Assembly (NCBI GenBank): GCA_951406725.2 | Contig: OX597815.1 | Span: forward strand, 132,928,001-132,992,000 | Origin: Octopus vulgaris | Lineage: Eukaryota | Direction: 5' to 3' | Length of the DNA: 64,000 nucleotides | Shown: piece by piece, positions 1 to 12,898 of the stretch | Layout of the letters: every line of letters begins with the position of its first letter | Numbering within the stretch: the first letter of the stretch is position 1 | Notes under the pieces: generated by a model | Database searches by the model: none | The model's input: the letters and a program-made list of their open reading frames with translations, nothing else | Told to the model about the DNA's origin: nothing | Position numbers and translations under genes: made by a program

Positions 1-462
1 TCTTACCACCTACCTAGACATTAAAGTAACAATGAGCTAGCGAAGGAGCCCCTGCGTGGTCGCAAGACCGAATATTAATAACAGACAATCCCCATTCAAA
101 ACACACTCACTGTCTCTAAAATTACACAATGAATAATATAATCTGGGGAACAATTGCTGAAAGAAAAGAAGAAATGGAGAGTCATAGATTGAAATTCGTT
201 GATCACAGGTCTCTTTGACCCGGGATTGCTAGGGATTAAATAATATGATAATCAAATAATAATTCAAGCAATTAGAGTGAATATCCAAGGTGATACATTA
301 GCCGTACATTCTGATTATAATACAATATAATTAACGTAGGTCTAAATAGCCTGGATATAAAAGAATAATGATATTTCAACAAGTTTGGTTAATGATGCCT
401 GAACTTATCGACTAAGCAATACACGAGTTCGATTCTTTGTAATTTCTTGTTCAGTTTGTTCA

Positions 463-642
463 GGCGAAATGCTTAGCAGTATTTCGTCTGTCTTTACGTT
501 CTGAGTTCAAATTCCGCCGAGGTTGACTTTACCTTTCATCTTTTCGGGGTCGATAACTTAAGTACCAGTTACGTACTTGGGTCGATCTAATCGACTGGCC
601 CCTTCCCCAAAAACTTCAGGCCTTGTGCCTAGAGTAGAAAAG
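463..642 (+). mobile_element. SINE-A (tRNA-derived), tail type 1, 5'-truncated
   Basis: B-box-like GAGTTCAAATTCC, core CCGAGGTTGACTTTACCTTTCATC...AAGTACCAG, tail CCTTGTGCCTAGAGTAGAAAAG; many similar copies across the window. Confidence 0.85.
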
Positions 643-1178
643 TTTGTTTAAGTTACTAATAGATCTTGAAGTTCCTCTTTACTCTACTTTGTACAAAGCT
701 ATAATCTCTGAGTGACCACACGGTACTTAAGTTTTATTAATATCTTAAGTTTTATTAAGTTCACTATCCCAATCTTACTTGAAAAGCAAATTATCACAGG
801 CCTTTGTTGTTAAGGTTGTCGCTGTGGTGGGTGGGGTGCAGCGGCGGCGGCGGTGGTGGTGATGATGGTGGTGGTGGCGGTGGGAGGTATTGTATGCAGT
901 TTATCTCGCACCCCATTTAGACACGCCTGGGTACATCAATGATCGAGCGCTTTCCTACGAAGACTATCTCGTTGTAAGAAGTCCACTTTGTAACTACATC
1001 GTTCCGTGTTGTGTCCCCATACGAGGCATGGTGGCCAAGTCACTCCTATGACGCCGTGTGAGTGAATTTGGTGGAAGTAAAAGTATCAATTTCATATTTG
1101 TCAAGAAACTATTAGCTGTCATTCAGAATATTCATGGCACAAAACGAACAGAAGAAATATATAAAAGAAACACAAACA

Positions 1179-1266
<88 letters not shown>

Positions 1267-1299
1267 CCTCCAACTTGGTTTCTAAATAATTATTATTAT

Positions 1300-1552
1300 T
1301 TTTCACGTTATTTGCACTATTTACATTGGACGGATATGTGTTCTCATCTTGTTTGTGCTTACCACAACGTTTCGGCTGATTTACTCTCCAGCCTTCATCA
1401 GGTGTCCTGGTAGAACGGATAAGTGTCCTCATCCTGTTTGTTGTGGTAAAACGTTGTGCCAAAACTTAGTGGTAACAAAAAACAAGATGAGGACGCATAT
1501 CTCTCCAATGTAAATAATGTATAGAATTCCTCATCTCAAAACTATAGAACAG
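1300..1552 (-). mobile_element. Hammerhead-bearing repeat (family HH-F1), rearranged, with an inverted partial copy
   Basis: 1310-1407 is homologous to 9960-10060; 1470-1552 is an inverted copy of the same segment followed by the AATTCCTCATCTC...TATAGAAC tail. Confidence 0.75.
1361..1406 (-). ncRNA. Minimal type I hammerhead ribozyme motif (HH-F1)
   Basis: Minus strand reads GACAC-CTGATGA-AGGCTG(GAGAGTAAAT)CAGCC-GAAACGTT-GTGGT: canonical core, stem II, palindromic ACGT stem III. Confidence 0.75.
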
Positions 1553-2064
1553 AATTATTTTTCAGTTTTAAAATATTCTTAAAATTACATTATTATCATG
1601 CGTTCAAAAGCATTTTCCTCTCAAGCTCCATCATTAAAGCCGTAATCAGCACCAGTTCCGATTAATGAAATTTATGCACCAGAGAGAATCTTTTATCTCA
1701 TCTAATGAAAAAGACGCTAAATAATCCATGCACTAAAAGACGTGACATATTCCTCTGTAAGCTGAGAAAAACTGTATATTTTATCCTTTCCCATTTATGA
1801 ATGTATTCATCCAAATAGATTCTAGGGATAGGAATATGATTGAAAGTTATTGCAGGCCGAGCAGTGCAAGACAGCTATCAAGCATAGGTCTTCCCAAGAA
1901 TTGTACGGATTCATTGGAAAATTTCTATTTTTGTTCCCACTCTAAAGAATTTTTGTTAATAGAACTGCATATTTATATATGTGTGTGTGTCTGTACATAT
2001 GTTTATATACATGTATGTATACATGTATATATATGCATATATATGCATATACATATATATATAT

Positions 2065-2119
<55 letters not shown>

Positions 2120-3365
2120 GTTAATGAGTTTCCCCACACAGCGCTACAAACAAACATTGCGCTAACATCTCATAATCTGTTCTATATTGTTGATGAAGCC
2201 GTTATCTTGTTTATTAATCCCGTTATCAATTTAATTAGCCTACATTATGAAAGGCCAATCAAATGCCGCTGAATTTAACTTTACCTTGAATTCCTTAAGA
2301 ATTGATAAAATAAAAATACCTGTCTAGCAGTGGGATCGAAGTAATCGACTTCTCTCCTCGTATCAAAATGGGTGCCGTTGATTCTCTGTAAAGAACCGGC
2401 GTCTCTTTCAAAGCAATATTGTGACCGCGGCCACTTTTAAGTCACAGACATCGAGTAAAATGCTTTAAGATACCTAAGACTCGAAAAACAAATTGAATAT
2501 GTTTGGGGATAACTGTCCTATCCTGCTCACAAAACTTAATTTAGAGGAAAGATTGTTTGCCAACATAACATGGCAGTCCTGGTTTAGGACGAATGTTGCT
2601 GTATTTAGCCTCAAGAGACATCGTCTCCAACTGGCTATACGACACGATCTGTGTCCTTATATTTTAGAACAAGGGTATTTAGCACCCCCACTCAGCTACC
2701 AGACACTATCTGTGTATCGCAATTTCCGGGTTGTTTCCCTTCTTCGAAATATATAGTTTTCAAAGTGTCAACTAGTGGTCTATAAAATAGAAAATTACTA
2801 TTTGTAAATCTCTCAACGAGAGATATTCAGTAACAGTACTCTAGACTAAAGATTTTTTGCCAACATAACATAACAGTCCTGGTTTAGGATTTGTTCAAAC
2901 TTAATTTATTCTTCAATCCAGTCCACAAATTCAAACAATCGAATACTTCTCGACTAGGGTTGACCAACAATAGCAGCAAGAATAATCTATTAAACATCAC
3001 TCATAGTCTGAAATTCCTATAACAATATTATACCCTTTTACTAACACTTTGAGTATTAATTATATTTCCTGAGAAGTTTGTAATAGTATAATCTCTATGA
3101 AGTCATTGACAGATTAGCATACATTTATAAGGAATAAATCCCGTCAGTATACAGGATTTCATGATTGCATGGCACAATGTGATATAAGATTTATTGCTTT
3201 ATTCTGCAGCTTTTCAGTGCAATATATAATTGCATATTTATTCGTATTTCCAATATCTAATATTCTAAATTAAATTTTTGCTGCAAAAGAGGGGAAAATT
3301 ATAAACATTTTAATGTAGTTTCATGAGTTATTAATGCAAATCTATATCTGTTATTGTAATTTCAG

Positions 3366-3532
3366 AGTTATTGATGCACGTAAAGGGATTGTTTATGAGT
3401 TTAGCGACAAAATTTGCTTATTTTTGTTGTTACAAGAGAAGTAACATCTACGCAGAGAGCAACGTACAGGAATTAACAACGAAAATACCTCTAATAACAC
3501 CTTACAAATTTGAAAAGGAAGAACACTTTGGA
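3366..3532 (+). CDS. Candidate host exon, product unknown
   Basis: Acceptor ttgtaatttcag, donor GGA|gtatgt, open frame xLLMHVKGLFMSLATKFAYFCCYKRSN...EKEEHFG in non-repetitive DNA; no recognisable domain. Confidence 0.35.
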
Positions 3533-3605
3533 GTATGTTATCCAAGATCCAGCAACTCCTTTAATCATCTGTTTATAAGTCATATCGACTATCAGAAATA
3601 AATAG

Positions 3606-3906
3606 GTTTTCTTCTGACATCACATAGGGGTGGAATATTGGGAATGGCGTGTTCGGCAATGGCCAGTCAGTCCGATGTGTCCTCGGAAGGCTCTGGCGCA
3701 GGTCGAGCAATAGTGATCTATTGGAACTGGAGGTAAGGAGTTGGCTCTGGACTTGCATGGATTCCTTCGTACCTCTGCAATCTTGTTCCGGTCATATGGT
3801 GTGGTATCTCTGCTGGTACAGCTTTGCCAAACAGGGCGATCTTACCCTTGCATCTCCCAGGTGTTGTAGTTGAAGTCAAAGCTGTTCAGTGATGCTTTTA
3901 GTGTGT
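3606..3906 (-). mobile_element. RTE-clade LINE 3' fragment
   Basis: Minus strand translates TLKASLNSFDFNYNTWE...CSTCARAFRGHIGLTGHCRTRH, the typical RTE C-terminus with one C2H2 finger. Confidence 0.8.
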
Positions 3907-3949
3907 CAGAGATAGACAGCTATATGTGTGCTTATATATATATTCGTTT

Positions 3950-4149
3950 ATTCTTTTACTTGTTTCAGTCATTTTACTGCATCGATGCTGGAGTACCATC
4001 TTTAGCCGAACAAATCGACCCCAGGACTTATTCTTTGTAAGCCTAGTACATATTATATCGGCTTCTTTTTACCGAACAGCTAAGTTACAGAGACGTAAAC
4101 ACACCAACATCGGTTGTCAAGCGATGGTAGGGAACAAACACAGACACAT
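3950..4149 (-). mobile_element. SINE-B 3' half
   Basis: Matches the tail of the full copy at 23446-23845 (AGGCTTACAAAGAATAAGTCCTGGGGTCGA...CTGAAACAAGTAAAAGA). Confidence 0.85.
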
Positions 4150-4487
4150 AAATATATACATATATATACATATATGTTATTCTTAAATATATCTCCTTCT
4201 GTGTATATATATATACTACCAAACAAACATGATTTTTATTGAACTCATAATAGGTTTTGGAGTCCCGTTCTGATTACTTTCTTAAATACTTTCTTGTAAA
4301 CTGTTTTTAACATTTTCTTATTATTATCAAAGAATGTATATATGTATTTTAATACTTTTGTGATAACCAGTACTTAACACAACAAAGCTCATACAAAGCT
4401 TTACATTTTACTTTTGACAATCTTTTTCTAAAAAAGTGAAACCGGTTCAGTGAATAAACATCTTTAAAACTGCATTTTCAAACCTTC

Positions 4488-4527
<40 letters not shown>

Positions 4528-5768
4528 ATATATACAGACACGAGTACACATACACACACACAAACATATATACATATTTTGACGTGTTGGCTGTGTCGTA
4601 AGAAAGTTGAACCGAACGTCTTGTGGTCGAGTTAATCCGTCATCTGTTTGAACACCACCACCAGATAACTTAACTTTTCTGGTAGTGAAGTCCAATCTGT
4701 TACACTCATTCAGATTAGATATCAGATTTGAAGCCACAAGCACTGAGTAGTTGTTAACAATGTAACGTACGGCTTCTCTATTTACAGGGACTATGAAAAA
4801 AGAATGTGCTTTAAGAAGCTGACCAAAACATCATATTAGCGTTCTCGAAAACAATATTGTAACACCTACTGCAAGAGGTCCCTACCTTGATGGAAAAAAC
4901 TACATCAGTTCTGATCGTGTTTAAGAGAACAATCAAGGGACGTCATAACTTGGATTGGAGTTGTAGACATTTTTGTGCGTACGATGGGCTTTCACCATGT
5001 TACGTATCCTAAATTCACTCACAAGGCACCAGTCGCCAGAGGAGAATGGAGGACACGTTTCTTACGTGCTACAGGCTGGGACTGTACATGAAAACATGTC
5101 TTTACGAAGTGACCCTCTTAGCTACGTAGCTAAGTTTCTGCATACGTAATGTGCTGAGTGTGATTACAATAACATCAGTACTCAGGCTGTGGTTGTAGTA
5201 TTTATTGATTTATTGCTTTACGTCCTGTTTGTGTTATTTCCTGATTGTAAGTTTTAACATTTGTATCTGGAAAAAGCTTGTGGAGATAGCAAGCGAAGAC
5301 GACACACGGCCAGGCAATGCACTTAGTTCTTGGGTAGGTACATCGCTTCACGTTTGTGTAAACTACTCAAGTGAACAATAAACACCATCCGACTGCTAAA
5401 GCAACTCTCTCTCTTTCCCGCTCTCACATCTTTCATGCACTGCTGGGTCAAGTGTTGGAAGGTCGTTTGAGCCTCTATGTATGATCACGTCTGTCTAGAC
5501 ACCTAAAACAAGAAGCAAAGGTGTGTTAATTTTCGCTACTTGATCATACTCGCTTCCGATGGACGGCTAAGCTTTATTGGGAGAAAAACCAATTGGATAC
5601 ATCTAATTTGCTCTATTTTGTCACATATGTAATTTCACTGACGCTTTTGCTAAAGAGAACAACTGTACAGAGGAAAGTCTCAGCTTGTAGCTTTAAGTAT
5701 TATGAATATTAAAAAATATCTGCGTTTTTATTACATTAGTAATTGCTTTTATTCGCGTTTTTTTTCAG

Positions 5769-5873
5769 ACTCTACAATATATTACACTTCATAATTATTA
5801 CGCAGATACAGCTGGTTTACACAGGAGAGCACACTCTCTAACAATCACTTTACAGGATATTTGTAATAGTGAT
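5769..5873 (+). CDS. Candidate host exon (35 codons)
   Basis: Strong acceptor gttttttttcag, open frame TLQYITLHNYYADTAGLHRRAHSLTITLQDICNSD, weak donor gtattg; phase-compatible with 3366-3532. Confidence 0.3.
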
Positions 5874-6277
5874 GTATTGCTTGAGAATGATTTATGTTTC
5901 AATGAAAATTACGAAATTTAATTTGAAAATCTCCCAGGAGTTATTTCGTGAAATGATATTCAACGCATAATTTGAGATTTTATGACAGACTGATTTAAAA
6001 CGAAAAAAAAAATAACGTACTTTTTCCTAGCAGATACAAAAGAGTTGATTGAACGACAGTAAAAGAATTTCAAATTTATACAAAAGCAAATTCAGCGAAA
6101 TGTATTTTGAATGTATAATGCACGGACAAGATCATGTGATGACATTTAATTGTGCATTTAAAGTGTGCAGATTCAAATATCTCGGATTTTATATTTACAT
6201 GTATGTGTGTATGAGTGTGCGCGCAGGTGGGGGGCGTGGGCATGTGTGTATATATGTATACATACATACACACATAC

Positions 6278-6310
<33 letters not shown>

Positions 6311-6311
<1 letters not shown>

Positions 6312-6429
6312 CACGTGATCACGTGACCGACCAGACCATCAGATGTTGTTAAACATCGCTGGTCACAATGCGTTCGCATTGTTTTAGCCTTCGACTGACG
6401 CCACCCTGCTGGCTAAGCGAGCAGGCCAA
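6311..6429 (+). repeat. Short interspersed repeat, probably a LINE 3' tail
   Basis: An inverted homolog lies at 13972-14058; both copies abut (TA)n. Confidence 0.7.
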
Positions 6430-6436
6430 TATATAT

Positions 6437-6497
<61 letters not shown>

Positions 6498-6498
<1 letters not shown>

Positions 6499-6659
6499 TT
6501 CTTTACTACCCACAAGGGGCTAAACACAGAGGGGACAAACAAGGACAGACAAAGGGATTAAGTCAATTACACCGACCCCAGTGCGTAACTGGTACTTAAT
6601 TTATCGACCCCGAAAGGATGAAAGGCAAAGTCGACCTCGGCGGAATTTGAACTCGGAAC
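6498..6659 (-). mobile_element. SINE-A, tail type 2, inside (GATA)n
   Basis: SINE-A core plus the alternative tail TTGTCCCCTCTGTGTTTAGCCCCTTGTGGGTAGTAAAGAAA; (GATA)n on both sides. Confidence 0.85.
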
Positions 6660-6661
6660 AT

Positions 6662-6784
<123 letters not shown>

Positions 6785-6789
6785 TGGGT

Positions 6790-7158
6790 AGTGATTTTCT
6801 TCACTACTTTAGGGAATGACGACTCTGCCTGACACGAGTCCCAGGCTCAGCTGGCTCCGGCTGACAGTACTCAGTATGGGCCCCTGTCCATGCTTACAGA
6901 AAAGAGACAACCTTCAAAGAAATCCGGAGTGGATCCCCGTAGGCGGTTTAGTGTTCGCTTCGACACTCTTCCGGCAGCTCCTGCAACCAAGCTGGTGTCA
7001 AATGTAATGCTCTGCGCTCCTTTGCACTACGTCAGCAAGGTCGAGAGAGGAACCCTTACTATTGGGCTACCCAAGATTTTCTTACATCTTGCTCAGACCT
7101 GCGCAAAATTGGAGAGGAATACGCAACTCCACTGTCTCCTGAGACAAAAGGATGCTAA
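6790..7158 (+). mobile_element. Probable RTE LINE 5' UTR fragment
   Basis: GC-richer island between microsatellites; GGCAGCTCCTGCAACCAAGCTGGTG resembles RTE 5' UTRs (from memory, not searched). Confidence 0.35.
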
Positions 7159-7210
7159 CAAATATATATATGTGTGTGTGTGTGTGTGTGTCTGTGTGTC
7201 TGTGTGTGTA

Positions 7211-7246
<36 letters not shown>

Positions 7247-7344
7247 TGTATGTATGTATGTATGTATGTATGTATGTATGTATGCATGTATATATGTATA
7301 TATGTATATGTATACACACACACATACATACATATATATATATA

Positions 7345-7395
<51 letters not shown>

Positions 7396-7551
7396 ATGTA
7401 TACATACATATAGAGAGAGAGACCGAGAGAGAAAGAGGGGCAAAACGAAGACAACAGTAAGAACAAATGCTATGTAATGAGCTTCATTAGCCTACAGCAG
7501 TTTCTGCTATACGATGTGGCAAGACTCTTATTGAATCGAGGGTTTTATTTG

Positions 7552-7714
7552 AGTAAGTTGCAATAGTGTTTAAAATTGGTCATTTCAAGTATAGAATTCG
7601 TACACGGTGTTATTGAATCGAGGTTTTTTATTTAAATAAAAAACCTCGATTCATTAACACCGTGTATAAACTCTAAACTTAGAATGAGCAATTTTAAATA
7701 CTATTGGAACTTAC
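7552..7714. repeat. Imperfect palindrome with ~80-bp arms
   Basis: ...ACACGGTGTTATTGAATCGAGGTTTTTTATTT|AAATAAAAACCTCGATTCATTAACACCGTGT...; adjoins a hammerhead repeat, as inverted Penelope pLTRs do. Confidence 0.8.
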
Positions 7715-8080
<366 letters not shown>

Positions 8081-8266
8081 AAGGTTTTGAGATGACGTAC
8101 AAGTATTTTATATTAGAAGAAATGAGGTACTCAGAAATTCAGATGGTTTTATATTTACAGATATTTATTTGTATATTACATGTTTTTATACATCATATAA
8201 CTTAGATCATGTATTAGCGCTTTCTCTCATTCTAGTGGGATTTTCAAATCGAACTAAGTTCCTGTG

Positions 8267-8313
<47 letters not shown>

Positions 8314-9028
8314 AACCCACGTCACAAAAATAAGCTACCAAAATATACCTAATTCATAACATCCACGAAGAATAATAGCATCTATCAACGCCTTTTTATA
8401 AAAATATTCGTATATTAATGCATTTAAAGGAGTTGTTTGAAACCAATGTTCGTCTTAATTATAAAATACGCGTGTGGGTTTTAGGTATTTAGCTGGAATT
8501 GAAAACATCAAAATAGTTAAGCAAGGAAGTTTTATATTTTCATATATTAAGTTAGAAATATTGTGTTATGAAGTTTACCGAATATGGCTAACATTTGCTT
8601 TATACTCAAGTCTGATGCTGATTCTAGTTTATTCCTTAAGATGACAGCAATTGTGAATATTTCGTTACTTATATTAACGATTTGATTTATTACTTTCTAT
8701 ACAAATGTCTTCTTTTCGTTTCACATTACACCAAGATAGGAGCATTTCTATGTAACTAACGATTTAAACTGCAACTCTTCATCTTGATTAGTGTCATCTA
8801 TCTTTCTAATGAATTTCATTACATAAGATAATTGCTTCGATAAAACGTTTTGCAGAACACTGTCGTATTACAGACGTTCTTCTCATGTCCATACGTATTT
8901 AACATGAGTGAATACTAATGGAATTAGACATAGAAACGAATACAAATATTTGAAAAAACAAGAACAGTTACGAGAGAAAACATGGGAATATCACCACTCT
9001 ACAACATAGTTAAAATAATACTTTTCAG

Positions 9029-9094
9029 AAGGTGTTAGGTGTTATGACGATATAACTGAAGTTTATGAACTGAATACTCGCTTATTGCCAAACG
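9029..9094 (+). CDS. Candidate 66-nt host exon
   Basis: Acceptor tacttttcag, donor ACG|gtaagg, open frame xGVRCYDDITEVYELNTRLLPN. Confidence 0.3.
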
Positions 9095-9553
9095 GTAAGG
9101 ACATCGAGAACTAGTCATTAAAACTTTACTGAAAATATTGGAAAAGCAAACTAAATAATAAAAGAGTGTACTGCTATAAGATTAGATAATCTCATCAAAA
9201 ATGAGAGCTGAACTCGCCTGTACACTTGCTATAGGAAACAATTTATGTTAAGATTTAGTTTATCCACAAATTACTATATTAATGTTATACCCTGTTTTAA
9301 TATTGCACTATGGTAAGCTTGTATTGAAATCCAAGTGGCATTGATGAATATTAATTCCAAGTTTATGTAGATAACTGGAAAGACAGGACGACGGGGGTGA
9401 ATAGACCAGAATTTGTGATTTCATAATGCGAAACGTAGTTAATTTCTCTTTGTAGGTAGTCGGACAGTGTTATCTGTCATTGTCATACTAGTGTTTGACA
9501 CGTAAATCACTTGAATGCACAGAACTATAAACAAGACATAAATTAGAATATGT

Positions 9554-9610
<57 letters not shown>

Positions 9611-9954
9611 TACATGTGTATCTGTATATGTATACATTTTATTTATTCATGTATACCGGCTCTATTGTGTAGTTGTACGTTACTCCATTATTTCATTCGC
9701 CTAATGTATCTGTGCTGCTCTTTCAGAAACTTAAAAAATTTAACTGCTTCTCTTGTTGTTCCCATATTATATTCCTCGATATAAAAATCTCATTGATTTA
9801 ATTACTAGTTTACCAATTCTACATAGGTTATGTATACTTACGTATACAGAGTCATAGCTATACATATGTATTTAGTCTCGCTTTGAAACTAAACCCTTTG
9901 CGTAAATCACACTGATTCCGATAGCTTGGAATGCGGATGCAACGCGAAACAACT

Positions 9955-10106
9955 TAAACACTATTTACACTATTTACATTTGACGGATATTTGTCCTCAT
10001 CTTGTTTGTTGTTAACACAACGTTTCGGCTGATATACCCTCCAGCTTTCATCAGGTGTCTTGGGGAAATTTCGAACCTGGGTTCTCATTTCTAAGGTATT
10101 TTTCGA

Positions 10107-10110
<4 letters not shown>
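9955..10110 (-). mobile_element. Hammerhead-bearing repeat (HH-F1), interrupted in its (TAA)n tract by a Dong LINE
   Basis: Homologous to 1310-1407; the sequence resumes after the LINE as (TTA)n TTCAGGT at ~12757-12830. Confidence 0.75.
10014..10059 (-). ncRNA. Minimal type I hammerhead ribozyme motif (HH-F1)
   Basis: Minus strand reads GACAC-CTGATGA-AAGCTG(GAGGGTATAT)CAGCC-GAAACGTT-GTGTT. Confidence 0.75.
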
Positions 10111-10138
<28 letters not shown>

Positions 10139-10141
<3 letters not shown>

Positions 10142-12750
10142 GTTTGACTTTTGCTTTATATTTGTACAAGTTGGCGCCAAGTCGGACCCGGAGACCTCAA
10201 GAGACAACAGGTTGGAAGTTCATGTTGTTGTTATGCCTAGTGTGCCATATATTTGGTTGTACTGGTGGATGTCTAAAAAAAATGTTTGTTTTAAACCTTG
10301 AGATTACATAGAAAGTATTTTTCGTAGGATATGAGCAGTTCCCATGAGCACTATCTTTTGAATTTCTGCCATTTTGGGGTTTCCTGGTATCTGAGTTAGG
10401 TAGCTATCAGCCCCTTTTGCTATCATTCCCAGGGCGCCTATGACAACAGGTATTGTTTTAGTCTTCAGGTTCCACATTTTGCTGATTTCTATTTCAAGAT
10501 CTTTATATTTGCTCAGTTTTTGGTAGGTCTTGACTGATACGTTTATATCGATTGGGACAGTCATATCAATGAGGAGGCATTTTCTTTGTCTGAAGTATTT
10601 CAATATGATGTCTGGCCTATTTGCATCTATCTTTCTATCAGTCTATCTGCTTGAGTCAAATACTACACACTAATCCAAACCGTTGTTAGAGTATCCGCAT
10701 AAGAGACACGTTGGACTGCTGCTGATCTTTAATATGTTGGGCTGGTAGTTTCTTGTTGGTAGGCATTGATCTTGAGCTGCTATGATAAACCCCTCTGTTT
10801 CAGATTTTAAGCCAGAGGCCATTAGCCATTGTTGGGTCAGGGCTTTGTCAACATCTGCATTATTCGCTCTCTTAGAGAGGTTTTTCTTGCCATTTATCAT
10901 TCAGAATATCTAAGACCGCAGATTTAGCACGGGTTAGCTTTTTCTGTGCCTGTTTCTTGTATGTCTATCTATAATTCCGAAATTTGTTGTATTCGGAATT
11001 CACTTAGATATTCCTTTGCCTGTTTTGTTACTGAGTATGATGCTTTCTTGTTTTCATGCTTTGAGACAAGTTTTAACATCCAGTCCTCAGACTTTTTCAG
11101 GTAGGTGTCTAGGTCAATTGTAGCAAAAGTCCACGGCCTCCCTCTTTTCTTGGCAGATAAAGTCGTTCTGTATCTGCCTTAGGGTGGTGCATTCTATGCA
11201 TTGTCAACAGTTTTCATATTTTTCTGTCAAGCTTACATATTTCAGTAATTGACCAGTTAACGATATTGAAACTATAAGTCACGACTGGTATGGCTAATAC
11301 ATTGATCGCTTCGATCCTGTTTCTCGCATTCAGCTCTGTCTTGAGTATTGCTCTTACTCTGCGATAGCATTCTCTCCTGATCCTTTCCTTCATCTCTGAA
11401 TGCCTTATTCCGTCTCCTTCAATTACCCCTAGATACTTGTAGTTCTCCGCTGGGTCTAATTCTTTTATGACATTCTGGTGGTCAAGGTTAACGTTAGATG
11501 TTTCTGTCATTTTTCCTTTGATAAAGGTAGCTTTTGCACACTTATCGAGGCCAAATTGCATTCTGATGTCATCACTGAATTGTTTGACAATCGCTAGTAA
11601 GCCCTTGAGTTGTTGTTCATTTTTTGCAAAAAGCTTTAAATCATCCATGTAAATGAGATGATTTATATTTTTATCAAACATTTTATATCCGTACTGCGCG
11701 TCATTGAGCAGTTTTGAGAGAGGTATTAAGGCTAAACAGAAGAGGAGTGGTGATAGTGAGTCACCCTGGAAAATGCCAAATGAAATTTTTACATCACCAG
11801 CATTTAGAGATTCATTGTCACTGTTCAGAGTTAGTGTGGTTCTCCATGATCTCATACTTACAGACAAAAAGTTTGGCAGAGTAGGTGCTATCTTATACAT
11901 TTCTAGGCATTTCTTAATCCAGCTATGTGGTAGGCTATCAAAAGCCTTGTTATAGTCTATCCAGGCTATTGATAAGTTTTTGTATCGTTTGTGACAATCT
12001 TCTAAGATCATCTTATTGATGAGTAGTTGGTCTTTACATCCTTTCTGTTCATTAGGGAATATGCTGCTGTCTGTCAAAAAACTATAGGTATATTCCGTCA
12101 GGACAGATGTTAGTGTTTTATACATAGTTGTTAAGCAGGTTATAGGTCTATAGTTTTTTGGTTCATTTGTTTCTTCACTTTTTGGAAGCAGGAATGTTAA
12201 CCCATTAACTAGCCAAGGAGGCATCCTACTAGGGTGTTGCAAAACATCATTGTAAAGTTCTGTTAGCAGTTCATGGCTCTCTGGGAAGGCATTCAACCAG
12301 AAGTTAGGGATTTTATCCTTTCCTGGAGACTTCCATTTGCTTGACCTCCTGAGAGCAGATCTTATATCTTCTACCTTGACACCCTCCCACCTTTGCTCTT
12401 CTAAGGAGTCCAGTTCTTTAGATATTCTATCAATCCAGGGGGCCTTTTCGCTGTTTTTTTTTTCTTCTGCCCAAATTTTATTCCAAAATCCCTGCACTTC
12501 TTTTGATGGTACAGACTTTACAGTAACTGGTGTTTTTCCTATTTTCCTGTAAAAATTTTTGGGGTTATTTTTGAACATGTTGTTGTCCCTGAAGGATCTA
12601 ACACGCTTTTCATACCTCGCTATGCGGGCAGCTTTGGCAGATACCTTTTGCTTGATGGTTTCTATGGTGGCATCAATATCAAGTATAGTTTACATATTAT
12701 ATTTTTTCATTAGTCTTTGGGTTTTTGTAGGTTTGGTAGTCTTATGAACC
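10139..12750 (-). mobile_element. R4/Dong-clade non-LTR retrotransposon, 5'-truncated and defective
   Basis: RT (YRPITCL, WIDYNKAFDS, GIFQGDSLSPLLF, LIYMDDLKL), ETEGFIIAAQDQ, RLE nuclease RPDII...IDMTVP...KLSKYKDL; (TAA)n on both sides. Confidence 0.92.
11214..12578 (-). pseudogene. Reverse transcriptase ORF fragment of the Dong/R4 element (454 aa)
   Basis: ORF track; YMDD catalytic motif; frame broken downstream. Confidence 0.9.
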
Positions 12751-12755
12751 TTAAG

Positions 12756-12811
<56 letters not shown>

Positions 12812-12835
12812 TATTTTAATTATTCAGGTTATTAC

Positions 12836-12898
12836 GGCGTAGTGGTTAAGAATGAGGGCTACTAACCCCAAGATTCCGAGTTCGATTCCAGGCAGTGA
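12836..12898 (+). mobile_element. tRNA-derived Pol III head (SINE-like, not a functional tRNA)
   Basis: A-box GGCGTAGTGGTTAAG, anticodon-like arm GGG-CTACTAA-CCC, B-box GAGTTCGATTCC; acceptor stem absent. Confidence 0.75.

Noticed and set aside
825-885. GGC/GGT-rich tract as coding or promoter sequence
   Set aside because: Simple trinucleotide repeat with no ORF or CpG-island context
2548-2890. ~42-bp direct repeat at 2548 and 2848
   Set aside because: Most likely the duplicated end of a degenerate interspersed repeat; no further structure seen
12836-12898. Functional tRNA with an ACT anticodon
   Set aside because: No acceptor stem and no long variable arm; embedded in repeat sequence, so treated as a SINE head
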